A stretch of 64,000 nucleotides of DNA from a virus (IMGVR_UViG_3300014911_000001:32001-96000); one strand, 5' to 3'; shown: positions 25,300 through 36,353, counted from the stretch's first letter. The notes: a model not told the origin generated them from the sequence alone. Made by a program: numbers and translations.

Positions 25300-25470
25300 C
25301 ATGCAGGCCAGCACTGAGTCTACGAAGTCCACCAAGGTCCACCAACCCTCCACAAACCCTCTACAAACTACTCTACTTCTACAAATGGTTCTACAAAGTC
25401 TACAAGCGGTCCTACAAACGGTCCTATACATGGCCCTACACATGGTCCTACAACGGTCCTACAAACTGAA
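25300..25470. repeat. Degenerate tandem repeat (about 9-12 nt unit, GGTCCTACAA-like) in non-coding gap at a strand-skew switch
   Basis: ggttctacaaa, gtctacaag, cggtcctacaaa, cggtcctataca, tggccctacaca, tggtcctacaa, cggtcctacaaa. Confidence 0.7.
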
Positions 25471-25632
25471 GAGGCCTATGGCGCCTGCTGGCTTCGTCGG
25501 GCCTCGCTCGACCTCTGATGGGTTTCGTTGGGTGTCCTGACCTCGCTGGCTGGTTTTCGGCGGAAATTTGGCGTTGTTTGGGCATTTTGACCTCCTTTGT
25601 TTGATATTTGTTTTTATGCCAGTAGATTGACT

Positions 25633-26619
25633 TTATTTTAGTATGCGCTCTATGGCTCTTCTGAAGTTTTTTAGTGTTTGTTCTTTTGAGTGTTTGATTA
25701 TTTTTTTGGCTTCGTTCATGGTTATAGGGCGGGCTTCGATATTATTGTTTACGGCGTAGTGGTATGGTACGAACAGGGTTTTATTGGTTTTTATTATTTT
25801 GAGGTATAAACCGCGGCATCCTATGTCGAAGTCCTTTTTCATATCCCTATCTACGATCATAGCCTCGCTGAGGTAGGTATCTGGTATTGTTTCGAGGGTT
25901 AGTGGGTTGGTGAAGCCGCGGCTCCTCCTTACGAAGTAGTACTTGCAGTGGATGCAGTGAAGCCCGCACTTTTTTACTTTAGTGTTAAGTTCCATGTCAT
26001 CTGAGATCCACCTACCCTTCTCCTCGAATGTATCATATTTATAGCAATATACGGTGTTTGTTCCTATATCATATATGGTTTGTATATGATTATCTTCGGG
26101 CAGTAAGATGCACATCGCGACCTCGCGTTGGTGGTGTATTTTTATATCCTTATTACCGAGCAACAATCTTGTAATCTTGTTTTCATATTGTTCATATATT
26201 TTATCTATATCAGCGCAGATATATATTTCATCGCCTTTTGATAGGAGCTTTTTTATTGCTTCGGTGCAGAGTGTTATTGAGTTGCCTATCTTGATGGCTT
26301 TTAGTGGTATTTCGAGGTGTTTGCAGATGCTACATGTAGGCATGCTGGAGTGTTCACTTGGTTCTGCGTATGATATTTTATAGAAGAGGAATGGGAATGC
26401 TTGGAGTGAAGCCGGCGCCCATGGTGGGGAAGAAGCCGCGGCCTCCTTATGTTCTCTTGATACTATATAGGCTGAAGCCGCGCCGCCTAATGTATCAACG
26501 ATAAAATTAAGATGAAACACCATCTGCTCCACAGAATATTCTCCTTTGACATCAGGATCCGATTCCACTACATAAACCTTACCATCCTTCATTCCATAGA
26601 TAGCATATATCATCCCCAT
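25633..26619 (-). CDS. Hypothetical Cys-containing protein
   Basis: 328 aa ORF with RBS; shares PPWxPAxxxxFPFxFYxI with next gene. Confidence 0.65.
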   Translation of the reverse strand: MGMIYAIYGMKDGKVYVVESDPDVKGEYSVEQMVFHLNFIVDTLGGAASAYIVSREHKEAAASSPPWAPASLQAFPFLFYKISYAEPSEHSSMPTCSICKHLEIPLKAIKIGNSITLCTEAIKKLLSKGDEIYICADIDKIYEQYENKITRLLLGNKDIKIHHQREVAMCILLPEDNHIQTIYDIGTNTVYCYKYDTFEEKGRWISDDMELNTKVKKCGLHCIHCKYYFVRRSRGFTNPLTLETIPDTYLSEAMIVDRDMKKDFDIGCRGLYLKIIKTNKTLFVPYHYAVNNNIEARPITMNEAKKIIKHSKEQTLKNFRRAIERILK

Positions 26620-27152
26620 CTACTCCTCCCTTCTCGTATAAACTCCCTCAGTCTTATGGGTTTATCATGTAGTATAAGAACGCTCGCGTTGTTGCGTGCT
26701 ATGATATCGACCCAGAACTCATCTGGTGTGACATATGTATTGCTTATTACGATGATGCCTTTGATTTGAGCTACCTTCATCCATAGAGGAATATGTTGCT
26801 GGACATACAGACATGGTACATCCTGTGGTGCTATTATGCTACAAATACGGTAGAAGGAGAAGGGGAAGCCGGCGACCTCTGCTGGTAGCCATGGTGGTTC
26901 ATCAGGTTCGTTGTTGGTTGGAGGTGGTTGGTCCATGTGTGATGGTAGAGGTATTTCATTGCGAGAGAAGATGTATGAAGCCCCGCCCTCTTTATATATA
27001 TCATATAAATTACTAATAACATCACTTTTATTAAATATATAATTCCACACGAGCAGATTATCTTGGTTCGTGAATGTTGGTTCTAAATACAACTTAGGAG
27101 GGATACCTATTTTGATTGGACTGAGTATGACATAGTAGTAATCGTCTGTCAT
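26610..27152 (-). CDS. Hypothetical protein; start trimmed to 27152
   Basis: AAAGGAGG upstream of ATG 27152; the 27260 ATG abuts a -10 box. Confidence 0.6.
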   Translation of the reverse strand: MTDDYYYVILSPIKIGIPPKLYLEPTFTNQDNLLVWNYIFNKSDVISNLYDIYKEGGASYIFSRNEIPLPSHMDQPPPTNNEPDEPPWLPAEVAGFPFSFYRICSIIAPQDVPCLYVQQHIPLWMKVAQIKGIIVISNTYVTPDEFWVDIIARNNASVLILHDKPIRLREFIREGRSRWG

Positions 27153-27260
27153 GAAGCCCGCGCCTCCTTTTTTTATCACCTCTCTTTTTCTTCGCCGCCC
27201 CTCCCTTGCCCCACCGCCCCGCCTCATTGCCCTGCCTACGGTTATGACATATTTTACCAT

Positions 27261-27288
27261 ATTATAATGAAAATTTTATTATTTTCAA
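27261..27288 (-). promoter_or_regulatory. sigma70-type promoter TTGAAA-16-TATAAT
   Basis: Read directly. Confidence 0.6.
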
Positions 27289-27371
27289 GATCTTTCCCTT
27301 CCTTTTTTCCTCATTGCGATGCCGACAGTTATGGTTTAGTTACCGCAAAATTGACCAAAAAAATTTACGGT

Positions 27372-29354
27372 CTACTTATTAGGCCGCCAGCCTGACGCTG
27401 TCTTGAATGCGTAGAACAAGCTCTTCGCCTCCTCTTTACTTATACCGTTCTTTATCGCGATCTGCTCGATGACCAGATCCTCATTAGCAGGAAGAGGAAC
27501 GATATCAATCTCGGATGGATCCTTATCGTCTCTGAATCTGATGAAGCGCGGCGCCCTGAGAGCTTCTTTTCCTAGATCCATCGCGCGGACTTCGATGACT
27601 CTTCCTTTATATTTCTCAGGATGGAGCCACATGTCATCTCTTATTTCGTCTGTGAAGCCGGAACCGACCATCGCGACTACTTTACCCGTAGCATCAGCTG
27701 CTGCTACCTTCCCTGCGGAGTTGGATAACCTTCCTGTACCGGGCAGAATATCAACGATCTTCAAATCATAGGTATCAAATCTTTTTACCTTATACCACTT
27801 ATCCTCTCTTGGCAATCCGTTGGGATCCTTTATAATGATACCTTCGCCCAGTGGCAGATCGTCATCGATCATGTCGCGGAAGAAGTCGGCGGCCTTATCA
27901 GGATCACTGGACTTGAAGTGTATCATCTTTGGCACCGTGAACATCCTCTTGGTCGCGGCTTCAGGTATTTGGTATTTACCATAATAACTCTCATTAAGAA
28001 GCCCGACGATATCCTCGTATATGGTTCTTCTTTCCATGTATGAAGCCGGCGCTGGTATCAGTACTCCGTCCTCTGTGGCCCATCCGATCCAGTCGAATAC
28101 CATTAGTCGGATTAAGCCGCGCTCCTTCTGTGCAAGGACGGCATTCTCGGGACTCGCGTTGAGCATCCCGCTGAGGACATTAGCTCCATCAGGATGCCAC
28201 AGCTCGCCCCGCAGGACCATCCCCACCGCCCGCTCCGGTAGCCATAAGCCCGCGCTCATATGAGGAACATTACCCTCTCTGTGGATCGGATATCCCTCAA
28301 CGGAATACCTTCTACTTACTACAGTAAGAGTAACAGGCACTCCATCAGGCAGATAACCCTCATATTTGAGGAAGGCGCGCTTCAGTGCGTTAATCGCGGC
28401 TCTATCTAAGACTGGTTTGACTATAGCTGGCTGACTCACCTTGAACGACGGACCGGGGTCCTGGCTTTTCTTGGCAGCGGTGAAGACCTTGAGGACCCCA
28501 CCGATGGTCCCCACCGCCCGCCCCGCTTCTTCCCGCGGGCTTACTATGATTTGATCCTCTGTCTTAAGAATCTCATATTCTCCTGTCTCGAAGAACGGTG
28601 CGTTTATTCTTATTATGAAGTTGGCACCATCGACCTTCCGCTCTGCGATAAGCTCCTTACCTTCCTCGACTCTCTTGGTGACATCCTCCGCTGTTTCGAG
28701 GGCTTCATACACTCGCCTCGGGAACCATAATTCCGTAAATCCAGAATGACGGATCGCGATATAATTTTTATCTGTCACCTTAATGAACTCCCACCATCCG
28801 GACCACGGCTCATCTATTTTATACGGTGTGAATACCTCAACAGATTTCAGGTTGGATCTTACTACGCCCGGACTTTGGTATTCGATGGTCATTAAGCCGG
28901 CGCCGTATTGCCCTTCGGGGATTTCACCTTCGAAGTCCTCTGCTAGGATTTTATGATCCTGGGATCTTATCACATTTGTTTTCCATCCGCTTGGTTTCTT
29001 AGGATTATCGTCAGCATGAAGCGGCGGCTTCTTCTTGAACACGAACGATATCAGTCTTTCGCTAGCACTTTTGAGGAGGCGCTGGCTCCGTGTCACAGGA
29101 TATCTGAACCGGAAGTCCCAGTGAAGCCCCGCCGCCCGCGCCTCATGCCTATGCACCGTCACCCTAGTAGGATATGGTTTCAGAGGTCTTAGCTCCATGT
29201 TCTTCTTATAGAGCGCCCGCTTCGTGGATCCCTTAATAACACGCTTTGCGGCTATCTGTGTATACGCTTTAATGAGACCGTTAGTAACAGCCTTATGCAG
29301 GAGAGCACCGGTTATCTTCGTACCAAGGGTTGCTGCTATGTGCCACATTTGCAC
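27372..29354 (-). CDS. ATP-dependent DNA ligase with N-terminal LigD-type 3'-phosphoesterase domain
   Basis: HxA...LHWDFR and DH...FEGEIPEGQYGAG (PE domain); ERKVDG, GE, FD, EGIIIK, WYKVK; OB domain VGSGFT, LRAPRF. Confidence 0.85.
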   Translation of the reverse strand: MQMWHIAATLGTKITGALLHKAVTNGLIKAYTQIAAKRVIKGSTKRALYKKNMELRPLKPYPTRVTVHRHEARAAGLHWDFRFRYPVTRSQRLLKSASERLISFVFKKKPPLHADDNPKKPSGWKTNVIRSQDHKILAEDFEGEIPEGQYGAGLMTIEYQSPGVVRSNLKSVEVFTPYKIDEPWSGWWEFIKVTDKNYIAIRHSGFTELWFPRRVYEALETAEDVTKRVEEGKELIAERKVDGANFIIRINAPFFETGEYEILKTEDQIIVSPREEAGRAVGTIGGVLKVFTAAKKSQDPGPSFKVSQPAIVKPVLDRAAINALKRAFLKYEGYLPDGVPVTLTVVSRRYSVEGYPIHREGNVPHMSAGLWLPERAVGMVLRGELWHPDGANVLSGMLNASPENAVLAQKERGLIRLMVFDWIGWATEDGVLIPAPASYMERRTIYEDIVGLLNESYYGKYQIPEAATKRMFTVPKMIHFKSSDPDKAADFFRDMIDDDLPLGEGIIIKDPNGLPREDKWYKVKRFDTYDLKIVDILPGTGRLSNSAGKVAAADATGKVVAMVGSGFTDEIRDDMWLHPEKYKGRVIEVRAMDLGKEALRAPRFIRFRDDKDPSEIDIVPLPANEDLVIEQIAIKNGISKEEAKSLFYAFKTASGWRPNK

Positions 29355-31680
29355 CTCCTTATATAACCTTTTTCACATTGAATTTTTCTACGAGGGCATC
29401 AGCCATCTTCGCAGCACATTTTATACAGTATGGCCCGAAGGTTTTCTCCTTCTGGAACGCTCGGTAATCATCCTCATTATTACTGGTTTTTCTTATATTA
29501 CCAGCAATGATGAGGAATGCGAGGTCCTTCGGACCATAATTTTTACCACATATTTTACATGTCCACTTTTTACTTTTTCTGAATAGCATATCTCTACTCC
29601 TTTTGATGTTGTTTACTCTTGAGTTCTTCGTGAAATTCAGCAACAGCTTCTTCTACCTTAGTGGAAGGCGTGATAAACAGAGTAATACCATTGAACTCTA
29701 GATCGATATACACACCAAGCCGCTTTGAGGTTTCAATAGCCTCTTCAACGGCATTCACTATGTGTGTACCGGGTAATGGTTTCATGGTGACTACCAATTT
29801 CATCCTGTCCTCCTTGTTGATGTGAGGCCCCGCTCCTGCCCCACCCCGCCGCCCCCATCAACTTATTAAGCTTCTTGGGCGGCCTTCTTCATCGCATAAA
29901 ATTCCTTGAGCTCTTTTGCGCTCAAGCCCAGCTTGACAGCACCAGTCATAATAACAGGCACCGATACCACAGGTGGCGCCATCGTTGCGATGATAGCACC
30001 AGTTATAGCTCTTCCTACATTCAGCATGGATTTCAGCGTGTAATGTTTTATGTCTTTACACTCCTCAGGTCTTATATCCTTGGTTAACGCCGTACTTCCG
30101 AGGACGACCTTGGCAACGGGCCCAACGATCGGCAGCAATGTCAGGCCAGCGCCAATAGCCATGGTTGGCTTATCGGCCTCTATGATCGCGTTTCTTGCCG
30201 TTTGATACTTCTCTCTTATGAAGCCGCGGCTTCTTTCTGCTATATCCTTTATCTTTTCGCGCGGCTTCACCTTCTTTACTTTCATAGCGAGTTTCTTTAC
30301 CACATTACACCTCCTTGCTTCTGATTTTTATTAGCTCCTCCTCTATTTTTATATCAGGATCCATCACAAAGAAGATGAGGCGCGCATACCTGTTAACAGG
30401 ATAATCAGGATAACCACCGATTGTTTCCCATGTGTGCAGACATATTATATATGTATCGCTTTTATACACGACCTCAAGCTCATCATATGTGCAACAGTCT
30501 CTTAGCATGTTACCAGAATTAGCTATCCATCTCTGTCCTACTTCTGCTTTTTCTAGGTCACTCCATGTAATCGTGATCTCGTCGCCCTCTCCATTATAGT
30601 CGAGGGCCGCGAGTCTGAATGCAATGTTCTGCTGCACTGTTTCTACCATCCTAATACCTCCTTGTTTGTTTTAGTTACCACTAAATTGACACCCGCCGGG
30701 CTTCACTCCTCCTCATATTCCTCCTTGTAATATTTTTCCTGATGCGGTAATAACTCCACTAGTGTCCCGCAGTATACGCATTCATATGGAGGATTGTCAA
30801 CCCTGGCGTTCTTTCCTGTCCACATTCCACACACAGGACATATCACATTGCCTGTAACGCTTACATCACCAATAACGGTGACTTTTTCACACATGTTTAC
30901 CTCCTTCCTGCTTTTTTTCCTTACTATTAAACATTATCCTGCGGGCTTCCGCCCCCACCGCCCGCCCCTCAAAGGCGGCGGCTTCTTATATCCTCCGCCG
31001 ATATGATACACAATATAAACGAGGCTAATAGTGGTAACACAGCTAGTAGCATCTTAATTATCCTCCTTTGTGTAAGATTTGCGTCAGATGTGTCAGATTT
31101 GCGTCAGATTAGCTCTTCTTCTTACTGAGTAATGCGCTCATTTGGATGTATACACTTATAAGAACACTTGCCAGCAATCCTACTATCATGCCGGTTACCC
31201 CGACGAACAGGGTAACCCCAACAGCCACCAGAATGCAGCTGATCGCAAAATCGCGCAGGTAGTGATTGCCTCGCAATCCTCTGATCAGCCCTTTCTCCTT
31301 TATTCTCTTCATGCCACGGGTCAGACTTATATACATCCATACTAAGCCCGCGGCCGCCACTAGGTATAGCAACATAATACACCTCCTTGTTTATTCGCCA
31401 TTTGATTGACTAGGCGGTTATGACATCATGGCCGCCAATGCTTCGGTGGCTTCCGGCGGCCCTTCTTCTTCCTCTTTTTGTTTTCAAACGCCTGTCCCGG
31501 CTTGATTGGTCCTATCACTTCTCTTGATAGGTATTTGATCACCTTTGATATTTCGCTGCCGGGCTTCTTCTTCCTTTTGCGGCGCTTCTTGCCCACTCCT
31601 ACTCCTCCTTGGATATGTTTATGCATAATATAGCTATCAATGCGAAGAAGGCTGTATACAACATACTAACCACCTTTGCG

Positions 31681-31720
31681 AAAAGGGGGAGGAGGCCCCA
31701 AACATCAGGACCTCCTCCCT
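31681..31720 (-). terminator. Intrinsic terminator after 31744-32121
   Basis: GGGAGGAGG...CCUCCUCCC followed by a U tract on the minus strand. Confidence 0.6.
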
Positions 31721-31743
31721 GCTCTGGCTACCCTCAGCTATTC

Positions 31744-32121
31744 TTAAAATGGTGCTTCGTTGTCGTCCTCCTCCTCAACTGGTGTGGATGCAGGCCTGCT
31801 CCGACGCCAGCTTGGACGCATAAACTCACCGATCGCTATTTTACATAGCATTTGGAATGTCGGAAGACTGCAGATCTTGGTCTTGCCGAGCCTTACAACC
31901 TTACCGTCGGATATGAGAGTCTTCGTAGTGCCATCATTTCTCTCGTGCGTAATTTTCCACTCAGGTTTCGCTGCGCACATGGCAACCTCGGTGCCATTCA
32001 GGCTGATCGAGTTTCTGATGGCATTGTTGCTTGTCGAACGGAGCATGATGAAGAGTCTATTAGGACGCCTTTGAACACTGATACCACAATATGTCTTATC
32101 GGTAATGCGGAAGGTAAACAC
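31744..32121 (-). CDS. Putative second SSB-like protein
   Basis: Acidic tail EEEDDNEAPF; ISLNGTEVA...ITHE resembles 8225-8770. Confidence 0.45.
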   Translation of the reverse strand: MFTFRITDKTYCGISVQRRPNRLFIMLRSTSNNAIRNSISLNGTEVAMCAAKPEWKITHERNDGTTKTLISDGKVVRLGKTKICSLPTFQMLCKIAIGEFMRPSWRRSRPASTPVEEEDDNEAPF

Positions 32122-33401
32122 GGTATCACCTCCTTTTTGTTTGGTTTTTTACATCACCAAATTGACCTTTCAGATATAGTGGCAATGTTATCAGTCCAGC
32201 AATGAAGCCGCCGCATTGAGCAGCCGTCACATTACCAGTTAGTGCTGCAATAAGGAACGATACAGGGAACGCGGCCATGAAGCCGACGGCTGCTCCCTTT
32301 AATGATGCCTTTAATGTGTTTCTCATCTCTTTCCTATTCCTCCTTTCCACTGTTGATGAAAGAGCGCACCTTCTCAACCAGCTTCTCCTTCACCTCCTCG
32401 GCGCGCTCTGTAAGTTCCTTCCCCATCTTCCTCAGTTTCAGAAATCTGAAGAATCCAATTATTCCAACTGCTGCGAGGATGCTTCCCACTATTCCTCCTA
32501 ATAACAAGGCGAGAATCGCGGTTACCCAGCATGCGAAATCGGGTTCGTCGCTGATTATGTATGGTGCGAAGTATGATGCGGCTGCTAGTATTATTCTGCT
32601 CATTCTTTACCTCCCTCTGTCGAAAACATTTTTGATAATATAACTCCTAATATAAACCCTATTATAAATGGTATGTAGTCAATTACTCCAAACATTGGTT
32701 CAAACATTTTTTGACCTCCTTTCTCCATTTTCTTTCCTTCAGCATAAGTTTTACTGACCTTACCATGATGTATATGCCAGCAACAATTGCAGTAAGGCCA
32801 GCAACTACCAGTGATGACCTTATGAATATTTCACTTAATGTTATAAACATTTCTCCTCCTTTGTTGACCCTCCTCCCCTCCTTGATATGGCGGGGCTTAT
32901 GGTGGGACAAGGGGAGAGGCCTAATTGAGGGAAACACTTGGATCAAGGTGGGAGAGGGGAGGAGAGCCCTTTGATTTAATCTTCGTATTGTGTGTACCAC
33001 TTGTTCTCTCTGGCGTTATACCATATGTAAATCTGTAAATCGCCGAAGTCTATATGTATGTATGGCATCCCGTCCGACCAGTGCCACCTGAAGGTCATCC
33101 AACCGATTGGTTCTGTTAGGATCTCCAATTTCGGTTCGTCCTTCTTTGGATTGAATGCCCATGCATATAGATCGAGTCTCTTCTTGTATGCGTACGGTGC
33201 ATCCGGGTGTCTGCATACTATGTAGACTGGAACAAGCTCCGCCTCGGGGCCTATGGGAGAGGATACAATGTTGCCATCTTCATCTATCGCGACGGGGAAT
33301 TCTACATGCGCCTTTGCTGTGTATCCCACAGGATACACAATGTGCGCATGATATTTGTTATTCATTCTAACTGATTTCCACATAATAACCTCCTTGTTAA
33401 T

Positions 33402-33749
33402 TTAGAATTTTATTATGATTACTTTCTTGCCTTTCTCTCTCATAACTCGTATCATATGCCGCGTCCCGGGGCTCTTTCCGTCCCAGAACGCGACAAGCAT
33501 GTCGGCTATCCGTGCCATTTTTTCATTCCTGCGATATCCTGCAGATTTCCCAAAGCGCTCCCAGTCCGCCGGATACACCTCCAACCTGAAGCCGCGCTCC
33601 CTCGCATACTTCTCGCCTAACCTGTCGGCTCCGCGAGCACCTCCTGATACTATGGTTATACCCGGGATGTTTCCAAGGATCTTGTCCAGCTCCTTCTTAA
33701 GCAGATTGTAATCGCTAAATGTCCTAGAGCCTGCGATTATTACCTTCAA
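33402..33749 (-). CDS. SLOG/YspA-like (DUF2493) protein
   Basis: IIAGSRTF, VSGGARGAD, ADW...GKSAG.RRN, AFWDGKSPGT. Confidence 0.85.
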   Translation of the reverse strand: MKVIIAGSRTFSDYNLLKKELDKILGNIPGITIVSGGARGADRLGEKYARERGFRLEVYPADWERFGKSAGYRRNEKMARIADMLVAFWDGKSPGTRHMIRVMREKGKKVIIIKF

Positions 33750-34030
33750 AATCCTGACCTCCTTATCTATTATAGTAGATTTTTATCTTTGCACTCCGTC
33801 CATATCTCCACCTCAATCTCCGCTTTAGCTCGTTTATATCCGCAGCAAAAATCTCATGGAGGCCGTCAGTTCTGACAAACCTCCATGATTTTATATTCCC
33901 CACGTAGGTTGGCTTTCCATTAGGGGCATATGTATGTAGTTTCTCCTTTGTCCTTACTGTTATAACATCAATGTCCTTCAGTAACGGGTAAAATTTCAAC
34001 GACATAAAACACCTCCTTTTTTAATGTGAA

Positions 34031-34081
34031 GCCCGCCATTAAATCGAAGCGCGCAACCCGGCGGGCTTAGGTCGCGCGCTT
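34031..34081 (-). promoter_or_regulatory. 5' leader H-type pseudoknot (PK-h)
   Basis: Stem AAGCGCGCGACC/GGUUGCGCGCUU; loop UAA-GCCCGCC pairs with downstream GGCGGGC; RBS of 34005 follows. Confidence 0.7.
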
Positions 34082-34088
34082 ACTTTTT

Positions 34089-34760
34089 TTATTCCACTTT
34101 ATTGACCCAGTCGGCTTTGGCATACGGCTTGCCGTTTATATACCACCTCTTCTCGGACGTTATGAGCACGGTTTCATAGCGCTCAAGTAGGTAATCGTTA
34201 CGCTCCCTTACCACGACAGCTTTAGGCTCAGGGATGATGGCATCGGTACCATGTGGAGGTGTGGGAGGGAAAATTGAAACGAGCTGACGTGGAAGGATGA
34301 CAAGAGAAAGGTGTTTGCCTTTCTGTTTGATGCGACTCCTGATGGTCTTCTCGAGACCCTTCTCGACGATTACGTAGCCATACGAATCCGCAGCCTCCTG
34401 GGCGAGTGTGTTCGCCATTTTATTCCCTGTTCTGGCTGTGTGTTTTACAATAACCTCCTTATGCTGGTTATCAGCGTAGTACCTAGCCAGCTCATATAAT
34501 TCCATAAGCTCAGGCTTCTTAATATCATATTCTTGGTTAAACTGCTTCACCACTAACTGTGAGTCGCTGTGTATTGTGGTATCACCCTGGATGTACTGGC
34601 TAATGTATGTCGCAAGAACTAGTGCTGCCCATTCAGCCTCGTTGTTTGTTGCCTCCCCAATGGGTATTGATAGTGATATACCAACCTCCGGAATATATAT
34701 CCCAATCCCAGCGGGACCGGGATTGCCTTTTGATGAGCCATCAATGTAAATGTTAGTCAT
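34089..34760 (-). CDS. rnhA: Ribonuclease HI family protein with C-terminal extension
   Basis: [36 protein letters not shown]. Confidence 0.85.
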   Translation of the reverse strand: MTNIYIDGSSKGNPGPAGIGIYIPEVGISLSIPIGEATNNEAEWAALVLATYISQYIQGDTTIHSDSQLVVKQFNQEYDIKKPELMELYELARYYADNQHKEVIVKHTARTGNKMANTLAQEAADSYGYVIVEKGLEKTIRSRIKQKGKHLSLVILPRQLVSIFPPTPPHGTDAIIPEPKAVVVRERNDYLLERYETVLITSEKRWYINGKPYAKADWVNKVE

Positions 34761-34774
34761 AATACCTCCTTTAT

Positions 34775-35197
34775 TTATGGTTTAACTTTTCGTAAGCCGA
34801 GGCAACCTATCGGTCGTATGCTTCCACTGCTGGTCTTTTCATATACAGGATGAGCAATCGTGTATAACTTGTCTACGTTAGGTAGGTTGAGAGCAACTGC
34901 TGCAGAAGCATATTGATTACTAACAATTATTATATCAGCATCATCAGGGATGGGATCAATATCCTGTATCCTCTGTGTTATAACTGGGATCATAACCTCA
35001 CCGTTCACTGGACATTCGTAAAGGATGCTCGGAAGGAATTCGGTTTCATGGTGGACATTCAGAAGGATTCCGGAGGGTGGAATTATGGTAACTAGCTTGG
35101 TTTTTTCAGGCTCTATGAAGTATTTCCTGTGCTCACTTATGTAAACGGCGTCCTCAAAAATACATATCTCGTGAGGAGTGCAGTTTAAGATTTTCAT
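34775..35197 (-). CDS. Phage hypothetical protein (NxTPH type)
   Basis: [24 protein letters not shown]. Confidence 0.7.
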   Translation of the reverse strand: MKILNCTPHEICIFEDAVYISEHRKYFIEPEKTKLVTIIPPSGILLNVHHETEFLPSILYECPVNGEVMIPVITQRIQDIDPIPDDADIIIVSNQYASAAVALNLPNVDKLYTIAHPVYEKTSSGSIRPIGCLGLRKVKP

Positions 35198-35219
35198 TAC
35201 ATACCTCCTTTTATTAGGC

Positions 35220-35279
35220 GGGCCTCATTACACCACCATGCAGAGCAGCAGGGCGAGGCCCTTAACCCTGAAGCTCTGC
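35220..35279 (-). promoter_or_regulatory. 5' leader pseudoknot (PK-g)
   Basis: Loop UAA-GGGCCUC pairs with GAGGCCC; RBS of 35197 follows. Confidence 0.7.
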
Positions 35280-35294
35280 GAAGAAAGAGAGCTA

Positions 35295-35627
35295 TTAGGA
35301 CAAGCGTTCTGCTTCCTGTCTAATCCGAACGGCATCCCTTACTACCTCTAACAGCGAAGGCGGTATAACCCTATTGTTCGAGGTTTTCCCAGTGCGCAAA
35401 TCAACTGCGACAGCACAATCATGCTCGTAAAAGTATACTATATCCCCATCCGGGAAGAATGTTCCATTAGCAGTAGCAACATTATAAATCAGATCGTTGG
35501 TGTATTCGCCGGGATCGCGATATGGTGTATAATGATCCTGAGCGTCCGGTGTTTCACAACCGGTAGTGCTTCTCACACATACATCACACCTGCCACTTCT
35601 ACACAGACGGCACTTATCAAATAACAT
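35295..35627 (-). CDS. Cys-rich hypothetical protein
   Basis: CxxC...CxxC N-terminus; RBS. Confidence 0.65.
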   Translation of the reverse strand: MLFDKCRLCRSGRCDVCVRSTTGCETPDAQDHYTPYRDPGEYTNDLIYNVATANGTFFPDGDIVYFYEHDCAVAVDLRTGKTSNNRVIPPSLLEVVRDAVRIRQEAERLS

Positions 35628-35654
35628 GATAACCTCCTTATTTTAATGTTTTAT

Positions 35655-35706
35655 GCCCGCCATTAACCAAGCCAGCAAGGACCGGCGGGCTTAGCCCTCA
35701 CTGACT
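35655..35706 (-). promoter_or_regulatory. 5' leader pseudoknot (PK-f)
   Basis: Loop UAA-GCCCGCC pairs with GGCGGGC; RBS of 35627 follows. Confidence 0.7.
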
Positions 35707-35726
35707 ATTAATTTCCAACTAATTGA

Positions 35727-36095
35727 CTACACAAGTGACGGGCCGAGGGCATCCTCTATTTTGGGACGCCCATACTCAACCTTCCACCCATTTTTAGGCG
35801 GAAGGTTGCGGACCCACCAGTCATACCACTGGCGGTCCATCACCTTTATAAGTTTGGATCGCTTGAAAAACACAGCGATCCACTTCCTTCTTCCCCCAGA
35901 ACGAGGGGAGAAAAACCATATAATCTCATTGGGTCGCACCTTGCCTGTTTTAACAAGATGCGACCACTGCGACCCAGTATTCACATTCTGGGCCGCTAAA
36001 ATAAACTCGTAATGGTTGCGCCACCTTTCGATGGCGCTCTCCCCGGATAACAACTTGGGGAGGTTGATTCTCAAGAAGTTAGTTAATGATAACAT
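35727..36095 (-). CDS. Hypothetical protein, paralog of 4362-4706; start trimmed to 36095
   Basis: GAGGAGG before ATG 36095; N-terminus matches paralog. Confidence 0.75.
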   Translation of the reverse strand: MLSLTNFLRINLPKLLSGESAIERWRNHYEFILAAQNVNTGSQWSHLVKTGKVRPNEIIWFFSPRSGGRRKWIAVFFKRSKLIKVMDRQWYDWWVRNLPPKNGWKVEYGRPKIEDALGPSLV

Positions 36096-36119
36096 AATAC
36101 ACCTCCTCTTTTGGAGGTT

Positions 36120-36175
36120 GCCTGCCACTTTTACCCACAGATAAGGCGAGGCCGGCAGGCTTAACCCCGCCTTAT
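36120..36175 (-). promoter_or_regulatory. 5' leader pseudoknot (PK-e)
   Basis: Stem AUAAGGCGGGGU/GCCUCGCCUUAU; loop UAA-GCCUGCC pairs with GGCAGGC. Confidence 0.7.
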
Positions 36176-36285
36176 CTTACTACTCCAGCTCATTGACTCC
36201 ATCACGAGCCAACAAGCCGGCCAAACCCTCCGTCACCCTCGCGGCACCGCTCCTCGCAGGCCGCACACAGGGGAGGAGGGCTTGG

Positions 36286-36353
36286 GGAGGCCTCTTAGAC
36301 CCTCTGTCGAGGGAGCTCCAGCGCCACGCCAAGGCGGGCCTCCAGTGCTGGAG
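36286..36353 (-). ncRNA. HDV-like ribozyme variant Rz1
   Basis: P1 CUCCAGC/GCUGGAG, P2 GGAGGCC/GGCCUCC, P3 GCC/GGC, L3 UUGGCGU, P4 CCCUC/GAGGG, J4/2 UCUAA. Confidence 0.8.

Larger units (their letters stand above)
31109..32850 (-). other. Cluster of small membrane proteins (31109-31375, 32126-32377, 32334-32603, 32683-32850)
   Basis: Each has 1-3 hydrophobic segments and most have a GGAGG RBS. Confidence 0.6.

Noticed and set aside
25300-25470. CRISPR array
   Set aside because: Short degenerate tandem units with no unique spacers and no cas genes
31075-31110. TCAGATTTGCG-like short tandem repeat
   Set aside because: Only about three copies in a small gap, with no supporting context
34031-36175. 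Pistol, twister, SAM-II or ToxI identity for the leader pseudoknots
   Set aside because: Conserved core nucleotides and extra stems of those families are not evident, and the elements are not tandem repeats
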